Assembly: GCA_001786805.1 (NCBI GenBank)
Contig: MFTJ01000009.1
Coordinates: 13,263 to 45,560 of the forward strand
Direction of reading: 5' to 3'
Origin: Candidatus Nomurabacteria bacterium RIFCSPHIGHO2_01_FULL_39_10
GTDB taxonomy: Bacteria > Patescibacteriota > Minisyncoccia > Phycocordibacterales > UBA9973
DNA length: 32,298 nt
Translations under genes and position numbers: made by a program
The notes under the pieces: model-generated
The model's database searches: none
Told to the model about the DNA's origin: nothing
Seen by the model: only the letters and a program-made list of their open reading frames with translations
Shown: positions 16,275 through 23,708 of the stretch, one piece after another
Layout of the letters: every line of letters starts with the position of its first letter
Numbering within the stretch: position 1 is the stretch's first letter

Positions 16275-18548
16275 ATGAAATTATTAATTGTTGAGTCGCC
16301 GTCAAAAGCAAAGACTATAGAGAAGTATTTGGAAGGCGTTTTCACTGTGCGCGCTTCTGTCGGCCACATCCGCGATTTGCCGAAATCAAACAAGACAGCG
16401 ATTGATATAGACGCGGGTTTTGTTCCTCATTACGAAATTTCCAAAGGCAAGGAAAAAATCGTACACGAGTTACAGGGTTTGGCAGAGAAAGCTAGCGAAA
16501 TAGTGCTTGCGACCGACCCTGACCGCGAAGGAGAAGCAATCGCGTGGCATATAGAAACACTTCTTAAACAGGACAAAAAGGTGAAAGCGCCTATTGAGCG
16601 AGTGATTTTTCATGAAATCACAAAAGAAGCGGTAGAAGAAGCATTAAAGAATCCACGTAAAATTGATACAGCTCTGCGCAAGGCGCAGGAAGCGCGAAGA
16701 GTCTTGGATAGATTGGTTGGCTACGACCTCTCCGGATTAATTTGGAAAAAAGTGCGATATGGGCTTTCGGCAGGGCGCGTGCAATCCCCTGCGCTTCGGA
16801 TAATTATGGAACGCGAGCGAGAAATTCGCGCTTTTGTGCCAGAAAAGTATTGGAGGATTTTTGGACTTTTTGAGACTCCCAAAAAAGCAAAACTGACTCT
16901 GGAATGTTCCGAAGAGCCTCGTGATGAAAAGTTGGTGGAAAAGATAATGACGGAGGGTAGAAAAGGAACTTGGATAGTAAGCGGAGTAAAAGAATCAGAA
17001 CAAAAACGTGCTCCTCGCGCGCCGTTTACCACTTCCACACTGCAACAGACGGCAAGTTCTCGTCTTGGCTATTCCCCTTCCCGCACTATGCAAATCGCGC
17101 AAAAGCTTTACGAAGCCGGACACATTACTTATATGCGAACAGACAGCACAAATTTAGGAACCGCCGCCCAAGGGCAAATTTTATCGTTCATAGAAAAAAA
17201 ATACGGAAAAGAATATGCCGAAGGGAGAATTTACAAAACCAAATCAAAAAACGCGCAGGAAGCGCACGAAGCTATTCGCCCAACACATGTAGAACATATG
17301 ATTGTAGGCAGTGGCGAAGGAGAAAGACTTTACAGATTAATTTGGGAGAGGGCTGTTTCTTCACAAATGACTGACGCGAAGTTGCTAAAAACAAAAATTA
17401 CAGCAAAAATTACTTCAGCGGTTGAACCGCTGGGTATACCCAGCGGTTCAACCGCTGATTCTTTGCCGGATTTTTTCGCCAACGGCTCCCGCTTGCTTTT
17501 CCCCGGCTGGCTCAAAGTGGACAACGATGCTATAAGCGACGACGTGGAACTGCCTTTATGCAAAGAGGGCGAAGAATTAAAACTGCTTGATTTGCAGAAT
17601 GAAGAAAAATTTACTCTTCCACCGGACAGATATAGTGAAGCGGGACTTATTAAAGAACTGGAAGCGCGGGGTATCGGCAGACCTTCCACTTATGCTTCCA
17701 CCATGCGGACGATTGAAGAACGGGGATATGTGAATAAAGAAGGCAAAACATTGTTCCCTACTGATGTCGGCGAAGTCGTGTCAGATTTTCTAGAGAAGCA
17801 TTTTATGAATTATATTTCCGATAGTTTTACGGCAGAAATGGAAGATGAACTTGATGAAATTTCCCGGGGCGAACGGGATTATGAAAAAACTCTGAAAGAT
17901 TTTTATGAGCCGTTTTTAAAAGATGTAAAATCTAAAGAAAAATTAGAAAAGGCTACCAATTTGGGCGAAGCGCCGGAAGATATAAAATGTCCGAAATGCG
18001 GAAGTTCCATGATTATCAAACTCTCTCGCGGAGGTAAATTTTATTCCTGCTCAAAATATCCGGATTGCGACGGAGCTTTGATGCTTGATGGTATGGAACT
18101 CAAAGGTCCGAAAGAAACCGGTGAAATGTGCCCTGAATGCGGCGTTGATAAAAAAGGCTTGCCCCGCGAAGCTTCAGCGAAGTGGGGCGGAGAGCTGGTA
18201 GTCCGCGAACGCCGAGACGGCACAGGCACATTTATTTCCTGTTCCCGTTACCCTAAATGTAAATTCATAAAAAGCGATGAAGCGGATGAGGCAAAAAAGA
18301 GGACCGGTATACTCTGCCCTATTTGTAAAACAGGAGATATTAGTGAGCGTCGCGGAAGATTCGGAATTTTTTATTCTTGTTCCAACTACCCAAAATGCAA
18401 ATTTGCCATCAAGGCAAAGCCAACAGGGAATATCTGTAAAGAATGCGGAAGTTTGATGATGGAAGGCACAAAAACCATTCCCGAACGTTGTTCCAGTAAG
18501 GCTTGCAAAATGCATAACCCGCACAAGATATCAAAAATTGAAGCATAA
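16275..18548 (+). CDS. topA: DNA topoisomerase I with C-terminal zinc ribbons
   Basis: TOPRIM (MKLLIVESPSKAKTIEKYL, ATDPDREGEAIAWH), an active-site region (ITYMRTDS) and four CxxC...CxxC zinc-ribbon repeats. The dprA-topA adjacency is widely conserved. Confidence 0.95.
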   Translation: MKLLIVESPSKAKTIEKYLEGVFTVRASVGHIRDLPKSNKTAIDIDAGFVPHYEISKGKEKIVHELQGLAEKASEIVLATDPDREGEAIAWHIETLLKQDKKVKAPIERVIFHEITKEAVEEALKNPRKIDTALRKAQEARRVLDRLVGYDLSGLIWKKVRYGLSAGRVQSPALRIIMEREREIRAFVPEKYWRIFGLFETPKKAKLTLECSEEPRDEKLVEKIMTEGRKGTWIVSGVKESEQKRAPRAPFTTSTLQQTASSRLGYSPSRTMQIAQKLYEAGHITYMRTDSTNLGTAAQGQILSFIEKKYGKEYAEGRIYKTKSKNAQEAHEAIRPTHVEHMIVGSGEGERLYRLIWERAVSSQMTDAKLLKTKITAKITSAVEPLGIPSGSTADSLPDFFANGSRLLFPGWLKVDNDAISDDVELPLCKEGEELKLLDLQNEEKFTLPPDRYSEAGLIKELEARGIGRPSTYASTMRTIEERGYVNKEGKTLFPTDVGEVVSDFLEKHFMNYISDSFTAEMEDELDEISRGERDYEKTLKDFYEPFLKDVKSKEKLEKATNLGEAPEDIKCPKCGSSMIIKLSRGGKFYSCSKYPDCDGALMLDGMELKGPKETGEMCPECGVDKKGLPREASAKWGGELVVRERRDGTGTFISCSRYPKCKFIKSDEADEAKKRTGILCPICKTGDISERRGRFGIFYSCSNYPKCKFAIKAKPTGNICKECGSLMMEGTKTIPERCSSKACKMHNPHKISKIEA
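17415..17458. repeat. perfect 44-bp palindrome in frame inside topA (two inverted 17-nt hairpin units)
   Basis: TCAGCGGTTGAACCGCTGGGTA|TACCCAGCGGTTCAACCGCTGA. Each half contains its own hairpin, CAGCGGTT-N-AACCGCTG. It is translated as SAVEPLGIPSGSTA on both strands (compare the antisense track ORF 17330..17689). Confidence 0.95.
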
Positions 18549-18553
18549 ATAAA

Positions 18554-20038
18554 ATGGAGTATAATAGTTTTATGCCTAATGTTCGCGAAATAATAGACAT
18601 AGCATCTGGATTGAATGAAAAGGATAAGGAGCTTATAGAAAAAGCCTACAAATTTGCCGAAAATATCCACGAAGGACAAAAAAGGATGAGCGGGGAGGTG
18701 TATTTTACTCATGTCTTTGAAACTGCAAAAACTTTAGCAACTCTCGGAATGGACGCGCAAACTATCTCTGCTGGTCTTTTGCACGATGTTTTAGAAGATA
18801 CAAAAATTACTGAAAAGGAATTGGGAGAAGAATTCGGCTCCGAAGTTCTTTTTTTAGTAAACGGTGTTACCCAATTAGGAACTTTAAAATATAGAGGACA
18901 CGAAAGGCATGTTGAGAGTTTGCGGAAATTTTTTGTCGCGGTAGCTAGCGATCTGCGTGTGGTTGTGATTAAATTTGCTGACAGATTGCACAACTTAAAG
19001 ACCCTGCAGTTTTTACCGGAAGAAAAAAGACGCATAATCGCTATGGAATCTCTGGAGGTTTACGCTCAACTTGCCAATAGGCTCGGTATGGGAAGATTGA
19101 AAAGCGAAATGGAAGATGCCGCTTTCCCTTTCGCTTTTCCGGAGGAATCTGCGCAGATAGAAGAAATTATTAAAACAAAAAAAGAGCTATATAAAAAAAA
19201 TTTATCCGAGGTTAAAAAAGAGCTGGAAAAAGAGCTGAGCAAGAATAAACACAAAGTGCTTAACATTACCTACCGGGTAAAGCACAAGTACAGTTTATGG
19301 AAAAAACTTATCAAGCGCGAAATGGATATTGAAAAAATATATGACATAGTTGCTCTGCGAATTCTCGTGGCAGATGTGGAAGAATGCTATAGAATTCTGG
19401 GACTGGTTCATTCTATCTGGAAGCCGCTACCCGGGAGAATCAAAGATTATATAGCAATACCAAAACCGAACGGTTACCGTTCTATACACACTACCATCTT
19501 TACCGGATTGGGCGGAATCGCGGAAATTCAAATTAGGACCAAAGAAATGCACGCCGAAGCGGCTTATGGAGTGGCAGCATATTTCGCTTATAAAGAGCAA
19601 AGTGGAAGAAAAAATGTTGATGAAAAATTGAAATTTAAGTGGCTTGAAGAGCTGAAGGGACTCAATTACTCGCCGGAAGAATCAAGCAAGTATATTGAAC
19701 ATTTAAGAATGGATTTCTTCAATGACCGTATTTTTATTTTTACCCCCGAGGGCGACATCGTGGATTTACCAGAAGACTCAAGTCCTATCGATTTCGCCTA
19801 TTCTATCCACTCCGATATTGGAGATCATATTTCCGGCGCGAAAATCAATGGTAAAATGTCAGACATTTTTTCAAAATTAAAAAGCAAAGATATTGTGGAA
19901 ATAATTAAAAAGGATAATTCGCATCCTTCCGGTAAGTGGCTAGTCCATGTGAAAACTACTGTCGCAAAAAAACACATAAGGTCCTATCTGGAAAAGCACA
20001 GCTTGCTCTCCAGACTCAAATCTTTTCGCCGGCGTTAG
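18554..20038 (+). CDS. RelA/SpoT-family (p)ppGpp synthetase/hydrolase, C-terminally short (494 aa)
   Basis: HD hydrolase motif (HDVLEDT), synthetase block (YRSIHTT...EIQIRT) and TGS domain (IFIFTPEGDIVDLPEDSSPIDFAYSIHSDIG). The protein ends about 60 aa after the TGS domain. The start could be the ATG at 18572. Confidence 0.88.
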   Translation: MEYNSFMPNVREIIDIASGLNEKDKELIEKAYKFAENIHEGQKRMSGEVYFTHVFETAKTLATLGMDAQTISAGLLHDVLEDTKITEKELGEEFGSEVLFLVNGVTQLGTLKYRGHERHVESLRKFFVAVASDLRVVVIKFADRLHNLKTLQFLPEEKRRIIAMESLEVYAQLANRLGMGRLKSEMEDAAFPFAFPEESAQIEEIIKTKKELYKKNLSEVKKELEKELSKNKHKVLNITYRVKHKYSLWKKLIKREMDIEKIYDIVALRILVADVEECYRILGLVHSIWKPLPGRIKDYIAIPKPNGYRSIHTTIFTGLGGIAEIQIRTKEMHAEAAYGVAAYFAYKEQSGRKNVDEKLKFKWLEELKGLNYSPEESSKYIEHLRMDFFNDRIFIFTPEGDIVDLPEDSSPIDFAYSIHSDIGDHISGAKINGKMSDIFSKLKSKDIVEIIKKDNSHPSGKWLVHVKTTVAKKHIRSYLEKHSLLSRLKSFRRR

Positions 20039-20044
20039 GAAGCT

Positions 20045-21070
20045 CTAGACGCTAAAATTAGAAATATTATATAAATCAGTGTCGTCTTGTTTAACTTCTT
20101 CTTTTGACCTATCGTCTATGGGTATATCATTCTCTACTGGTTCTCCAGAGGTTGAACCGCTGAGAGTTTCTTCAGATAGCGCTTTAGGCGCTATCTCGGT
20201 TTGCGCTATATGTTTTTCCATCATTTCATCCGGTTTTTTCTCCACAGTTGATTTATTTATGGAATCCAAAATGGCTCGGAGGTCTTCGGTGGAAAAATAA
20301 TCAATTTTAATCTGTCCGCCGAGTTCTTTCCGGTCTATATGCACTCTCGTACCCAGCTTTTCCTGAAATTCTTCTTCCAATTCTGTTATCTCAGGGTCTG
20401 GCATAAATTCTTTCTTGCGTACCCGATCATAAGCTATCTTTCTCGCCAATCGTTCCGCTTCGCGGACAGTGATTTTTTTGTAAACAATCTCTTTAAACAA
20501 CACGAGCTGCTCTTCGGGATGATCCGTAAGCATGAGGAGTGGTCGTGTGTGGCCGTCGGTGATTTTTCCCTCTGATAGTCCAGTAATAATTTCTTCTGGC
20601 AAAGTCAGAATTCGTAGTGAGTTAGAGACATACTCTCGGCTCTTGCCCATTTTCTTTGCGACTTCATTGTGAGTGAATTTAAATTCATTTACTAGACGGA
20701 AAAATGCCCGCGCGCGGTCTACGACATTCAAATCCTCGCGCTGCAGGTTTTCAATAATCGCCAGTTCCAGCTTCATAATAGCGGTATCGCCGGTGCGAAT
20801 GATAACCGGCACTTGCGAAACTCCGGCTTTAATGGCGGCGCGCAGTCTGCGTTCTCCGGCGATGAGTTCATATTCAGTCACGATGCCACCGTCATCTTTG
20901 GTTAACTCCACGCGGGAAACTGTAAGCGGCTGAAGCACCCCGTATTGTTTTATAGAGTCGGCTAAATCCGCGAGGCGCGTTTCGTCAAAGTCTCGCCTTG
21001 GCTGATACGGGTTCGGCTTGATTTTATTGGTATCAATCCAAAAAATTGAATTTGAATAAATGTTGGACAT
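20045..21070 (-). CDS. parB: ParB/Spo0J-family partition protein with acidic C-terminal extension
   Basis: ParB box (LQPLTV...GERRLRAA), an HTH (THNEVAKKMGKSREYVSNSLRIL), and about 60 extra acidic or low-complexity residues at the C-terminus. Confidence 0.88.
   Translation of the reverse strand: MSNIYSNSIFWIDTNKIKPNPYQPRRDFDETRLADLADSIKQYGVLQPLTVSRVELTKDDGGIVTEYELIAGERRLRAAIKAGVSQVPVIIRTGDTAIMKLELAIIENLQREDLNVVDRARAFFRLVNEFKFTHNEVAKKMGKSREYVSNSLRILTLPEEIITGLSEGKITDGHTRPLLMLTDHPEEQLVLFKEIVYKKITVREAERLARKIAYDRVRKKEFMPDPEITELEEEFQEKLGTRVHIDRKELGGQIKIDYFSTEDLRAILDSINKSTVEKKPDEMMEKHIAQTEIAPKALSEETLSGSTSGEPVENDIPIDDRSKEEVKQDDTDLYNISNFSV
20146..20162. repeat. single 17-nt unit of the topA palindrome family, in frame in the parB tail
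   Basis: The minus strand reads CAGCGGTTCAACCTCTG, matching the topA unit CAGCGGTTCAACCGCTG at 16 of 17 positions. It is translated as SGSTSG. Confidence 0.6.
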
Positions 21071-21104
21071 GGATACATTCTAGCATACCGTCAAATTTAA
21101 AAAA

Positions 21105-21133
21105 TTGATTTCAAGGCACTTTTTGTGTAAAAT
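21105..21133 (+). promoter_or_regulatory. sigma70-type promoter for tRNA-Leu
   Basis: TTGATT (21105-21110) - 17 nt - TAAAAT (21128-21133), with the tRNA 5' end 9 nt downstream. Confidence 0.6.
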
Positions 21134-21142
21134 GTGTGGATT

Positions 21143-21226
21143 GCCGGGATGGCGGAATTGGTAGACGCGATAGACTCAAAATCTATTGATGGCAACATCA
21201 TGAGAGTTCGATTCTCTCTCCCGGCA
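21143..21226 (+). tRNA. tRNA-Leu (anticodon CAA), class II with long variable arm
   Basis: Acceptor GCCGGGA/TCCCGGC, anticodon arm ATAGA-CTCAAAA-TCTAT, variable stem GATG/CATC, T arm GAGAG-TTCGATT-CTCTC, discriminator A. No CCA is encoded. Confidence 0.9.
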
Positions 21227-21236
21227 CAAAAACATA

Positions 21237-21266
21237 CCCCATACTAAGCTTCGCTCTAGTATGGGG
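21237..21266. promoter_or_regulatory. 10-bp-stem hairpin/palindrome between tRNA-Leu and the HTH-MurA gene (terminator or operator)
   Basis: CCCCATACTA - 10 nt - TAGTATGGGG, with an extra AGC/GCT pairing in the loop. No T-tract follows. Confidence 0.4.
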
Positions 21267-21282
21267 CTATCCACACTTGCAT

Positions 21283-21300
21283 TATCTCATATATGAGATA
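21283..21300. promoter_or_regulatory. perfect 18-bp AT-rich palindrome overlapping the first ATG of the HTH-MurA ORF; candidate operator
   Basis: TATCTCATA|TATGAGATA covers the ATG at 21293. A second in-frame ATG lies at 21311. Confidence 0.35.
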
Positions 21301-22840
21301 TACTGTTTATATGATAAAACAAGTAAAAGAAACCGAACAAGAGAAGATAGGATTTTTTATAAAGGAATTACGGGAACACCGAGGCATGACTCAGGAAGAG
21401 TTTGCTAAAGCGCTTGGTACTTCCCAGAGTTCTGTTCCCCGTATGGAAAAGGGCGAACAGAATTTTACAACCGAACTGCTCCTGAAAATCAGCGATGTTC
21501 TTAACCACAAGATAGTTTCGGTGAATGATTCCATTGATTTTCAAGTTAATGGCGGAAAAAAACTAAGCGGAACTATCAAAACAAATTTCTCAAAGAATGG
21601 TTCCGTCGGGCTTCTTTGCGCTTCGCTCTTAAATAGCGGGACGACGACGCTTCATGGTATCGCCCGGATAGAAGAAGTGTATAGAGTGATAGAAATTTTA
21701 GAAAGCATAGGAGTAATAGTAAAATGGCTGAGCCAGAATACAGTGCAAATTATGCCGCCGGAAAAGTTTACACTAGATAAAATAAATATTGTTTCGGCGA
21801 TTAAAACTCGCTCAATAATTATGCTGGCGGGTCCACTCATACACAAATTATCTTCTTTCTCTATCCCCCACGCTTATGGCTGTAATTTGGGCAAAAGAAC
21901 AATATCGGCGCACACTTACGCGCTTGAAGAAGTAGGCATAAAAATAAAAACAACAAACAAGAGTTACGAAGTTAGCGCAAAAAAATTAAAGTCAGCAAAA
22001 AATATAGTGATGTATGAGACAGGAGAAACTGCTTGTGAAAATATTCTGTTTGCCGCCACTTTGATTCCGGGCGAAACCACCATCAGCTTCATGAGCAACA
22101 ATTATATGGTGCAGGAAATCTGTTTCTTCTTGGAAGCATTAGGCGTGAAAATAGACGGCATAGGCACTTCCACCTTGACTGTGCACGGAGTTGAAGAAAT
22201 AAATAAAGATGTGGAGTATTCAAATAGTGAGGACCCGATAGAATCCATGATGTTTATTTCTGCCGGAATCGTGACTGATTCGCATATCACTATCACCCGA
22301 GCGCCAATAGACTTTCTTTCTCTAGAGATGGAAAAACTGAAAAGGATGGGTCTGAAATATAAAATTTCTAAAATTTATTGTTCATATAATGGCAGAACGA
22401 AGCTGGCTGACATAGAAATTTTCCCGAGCAGATTAAAAGCTTTACAGGATAAAATACACGCAAATATATATCCGGGAATAAATATAGATAACCTTCCTTT
22501 CTTTGTGCCGATTGCTATAAAAGCAAAAGGTCAGACGATGATTCACGATTGGTATTATGAAAACCGCGCTATATATTTGACAGAATTAAACCGTCTAGGA
22601 GCGGAAATCACTCTAGCCGACCCGCATCGGCTCTATATTCAGGGCGGTACTCCGCTCAAGCCCGCGCAGGTCGTCTGCCCGCCCGCCCTGCGTCCTTCGA
22701 TGGTGATACTCATTTCCATGCTGGGAGCAAGCGGTACCTCTATTCTACGCAATGTGTATATGATAAACCGCGGATATGAAGAAATTGCAGAGCGCTTAAA
22801 CTCTATCGGCGCGGATATTAAAATAATAAAGGGAAACTAA
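21293..22840 (+). CDS. murA: XRE-family HTH domain fused to a MurA-like UDP-GlcNAc 1-carboxyvinyltransferase domain
   Basis: The N-terminal ~70 aa are FIKELREHRGMTQEEFAKALGTSQSSVPRMEKGEQNFTTELLLKISDVL (XRE/Cro HTH). The remainder aligns by eye to MurA, with Lys22 (FSKNG), Arg91 (KTRS), Cys115-Arg120 (YGCNLGKRT), Asp305 (NIDN), Arg371 (ENRA), Arg397 (ALRPS) and the terminal NRGYE..I..L..GA block retained. The likely start is 21311. Confidence 0.8.
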   Translation: MRYTVYMIKQVKETEQEKIGFFIKELREHRGMTQEEFAKALGTSQSSVPRMEKGEQNFTTELLLKISDVLNHKIVSVNDSIDFQVNGGKKLSGTIKTNFSKNGSVGLLCASLLNSGTTTLHGIARIEEVYRVIEILESIGVIVKWLSQNTVQIMPPEKFTLDKINIVSAIKTRSIIMLAGPLIHKLSSFSIPHAYGCNLGKRTISAHTYALEEVGIKIKTTNKSYEVSAKKLKSAKNIVMYETGETACENILFAATLIPGETTISFMSNNYMVQEICFFLEALGVKIDGIGTSTLTVHGVEEINKDVEYSNSEDPIESMMFISAGIVTDSHITITRAPIDFLSLEMEKLKRMGLKYKISKIYCSYNGRTKLADIEIFPSRLKALQDKIHANIYPGINIDNLPFFVPIAIKAKGQTMIHDWYYENRAIYLTELNRLGAEITLADPHRLYIQGGTPLKPAQVVCPPALRPSMVILISMLGASGTSILRNVYMINRGYEEIAERLNSIGADIKIIKGN

Positions 22841-23706
22841 TGTCAAAGAGACACTTTGACAAGCCTAAAGTTATCGTAATTATGGGGCAGACTGCTACGG
22901 GTAAAAGCGCGCTGGCTGTAAAAATTGCCAAAAAAATTGGCGGAGAAATAATTTCGGCTGATTCAAGGCAGGTTTATAAGGGGCTTGATATCGGTACTGG
23001 AAAAATATTTACAAAAGAGATGAAGGGAATTTCCCATTATTTAATTGATATAGAAAGTCCAAAAAATAAATTTACGGCGGCTCAATTTAAAGAACTCGCT
23101 GAAGAAAAAATTAAAGAAATAATAGCTCGCGGTAAAACTCCAATCATCTGCGGAGGCACGGGATTTTATATTGATGCTATAACTAAAGGCGTTGTCTTCC
23201 CAGAAGTTCCGCCAAACTATCCACTTCGCAAGAAATTAGCATTAGCAAACGACCGCGCACTAATGCTGAAACTCAAAAAAATTGACCCCGAACGCGCAAA
23301 AAACATAGACCCAAAAAACAAAGTGAGGCTTATTCGCGCGATTGAGATAGCGAAAGCTTTAGGTAAAGTCCCCCACTTGGCGGTTAAACCGCCAAGTTAT
23401 AAATTTATTAAGATAGGCCTCTATTTGCCCGCCGAAAAGCTCAAAAAGAAAGTAGCAAAAAGAGTGAAAAAAATGTTTAATCCGCCAGCTGGCGGAGGCT
23501 TGCTGGATGAAATCAAAAAATTAAAAAAATCTGGTGTGTCAGACAAAAGACTAAAAGAACTGGGTTTTGAATACTACAAACCTACGCAAGAAAAAGTGAT
23601 TAATGGAACCATGCAATATGCCAAGCGGCAAATGACGTGGTTCAAGCGCGACAAAGAAATAAAATGGCTTAATGCGTCAAAAATTACAAAGGATTACCCT
23701 CTGTAA
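22840..23706 (+). CDS. miaA: tRNA dimethylallyltransferase
   Basis: P-loop GQTATGKSALAV followed by IISADSRQVYKGLDIGTGK. The start overlaps the murA-like stop (TAATG). Confidence 0.92.
   Translation: MSKRHFDKPKVIVIMGQTATGKSALAVKIAKKIGGEIISADSRQVYKGLDIGTGKIFTKEMKGISHYLIDIESPKNKFTAAQFKELAEEKIKEIIARGKTPIICGGTGFYIDAITKGVVFPEVPPNYPLRKKLALANDRALMLKLKKIDPERAKNIDPKNKVRLIRAIEIAKALGKVPHLAVKPPSYKFIKIGLYLPAEKLKKKVAKRVKKMFNPPAGGGLLDEIKKLKKSGVSDKRLKELGFEYYKPTQEKVINGTMQYAKRQMTWFKRDKEIKWLNASKITKDYPL
23375..23397. repeat. perfect 23-bp palindrome in frame inside miaA
   Basis: ACTTGGCGGTT-A-AACCGCCAAGT shares the core GCGGTTNAACCGC with the topA/parB units. It is translated as HLAVKPPS. Confidence 0.85.
23481..23496. 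repeat. family-C perfect 16-bp palindrome in frame inside miaA (encodes PPAGG)
   Basis: TCCGCCAGCTGGCGGA matches the dus copy at 15 of 16 positions, and both are read as CCG CCA GCN GGC GGA. Confidence 0.8.
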
Positions 23707-23708
23707 TT

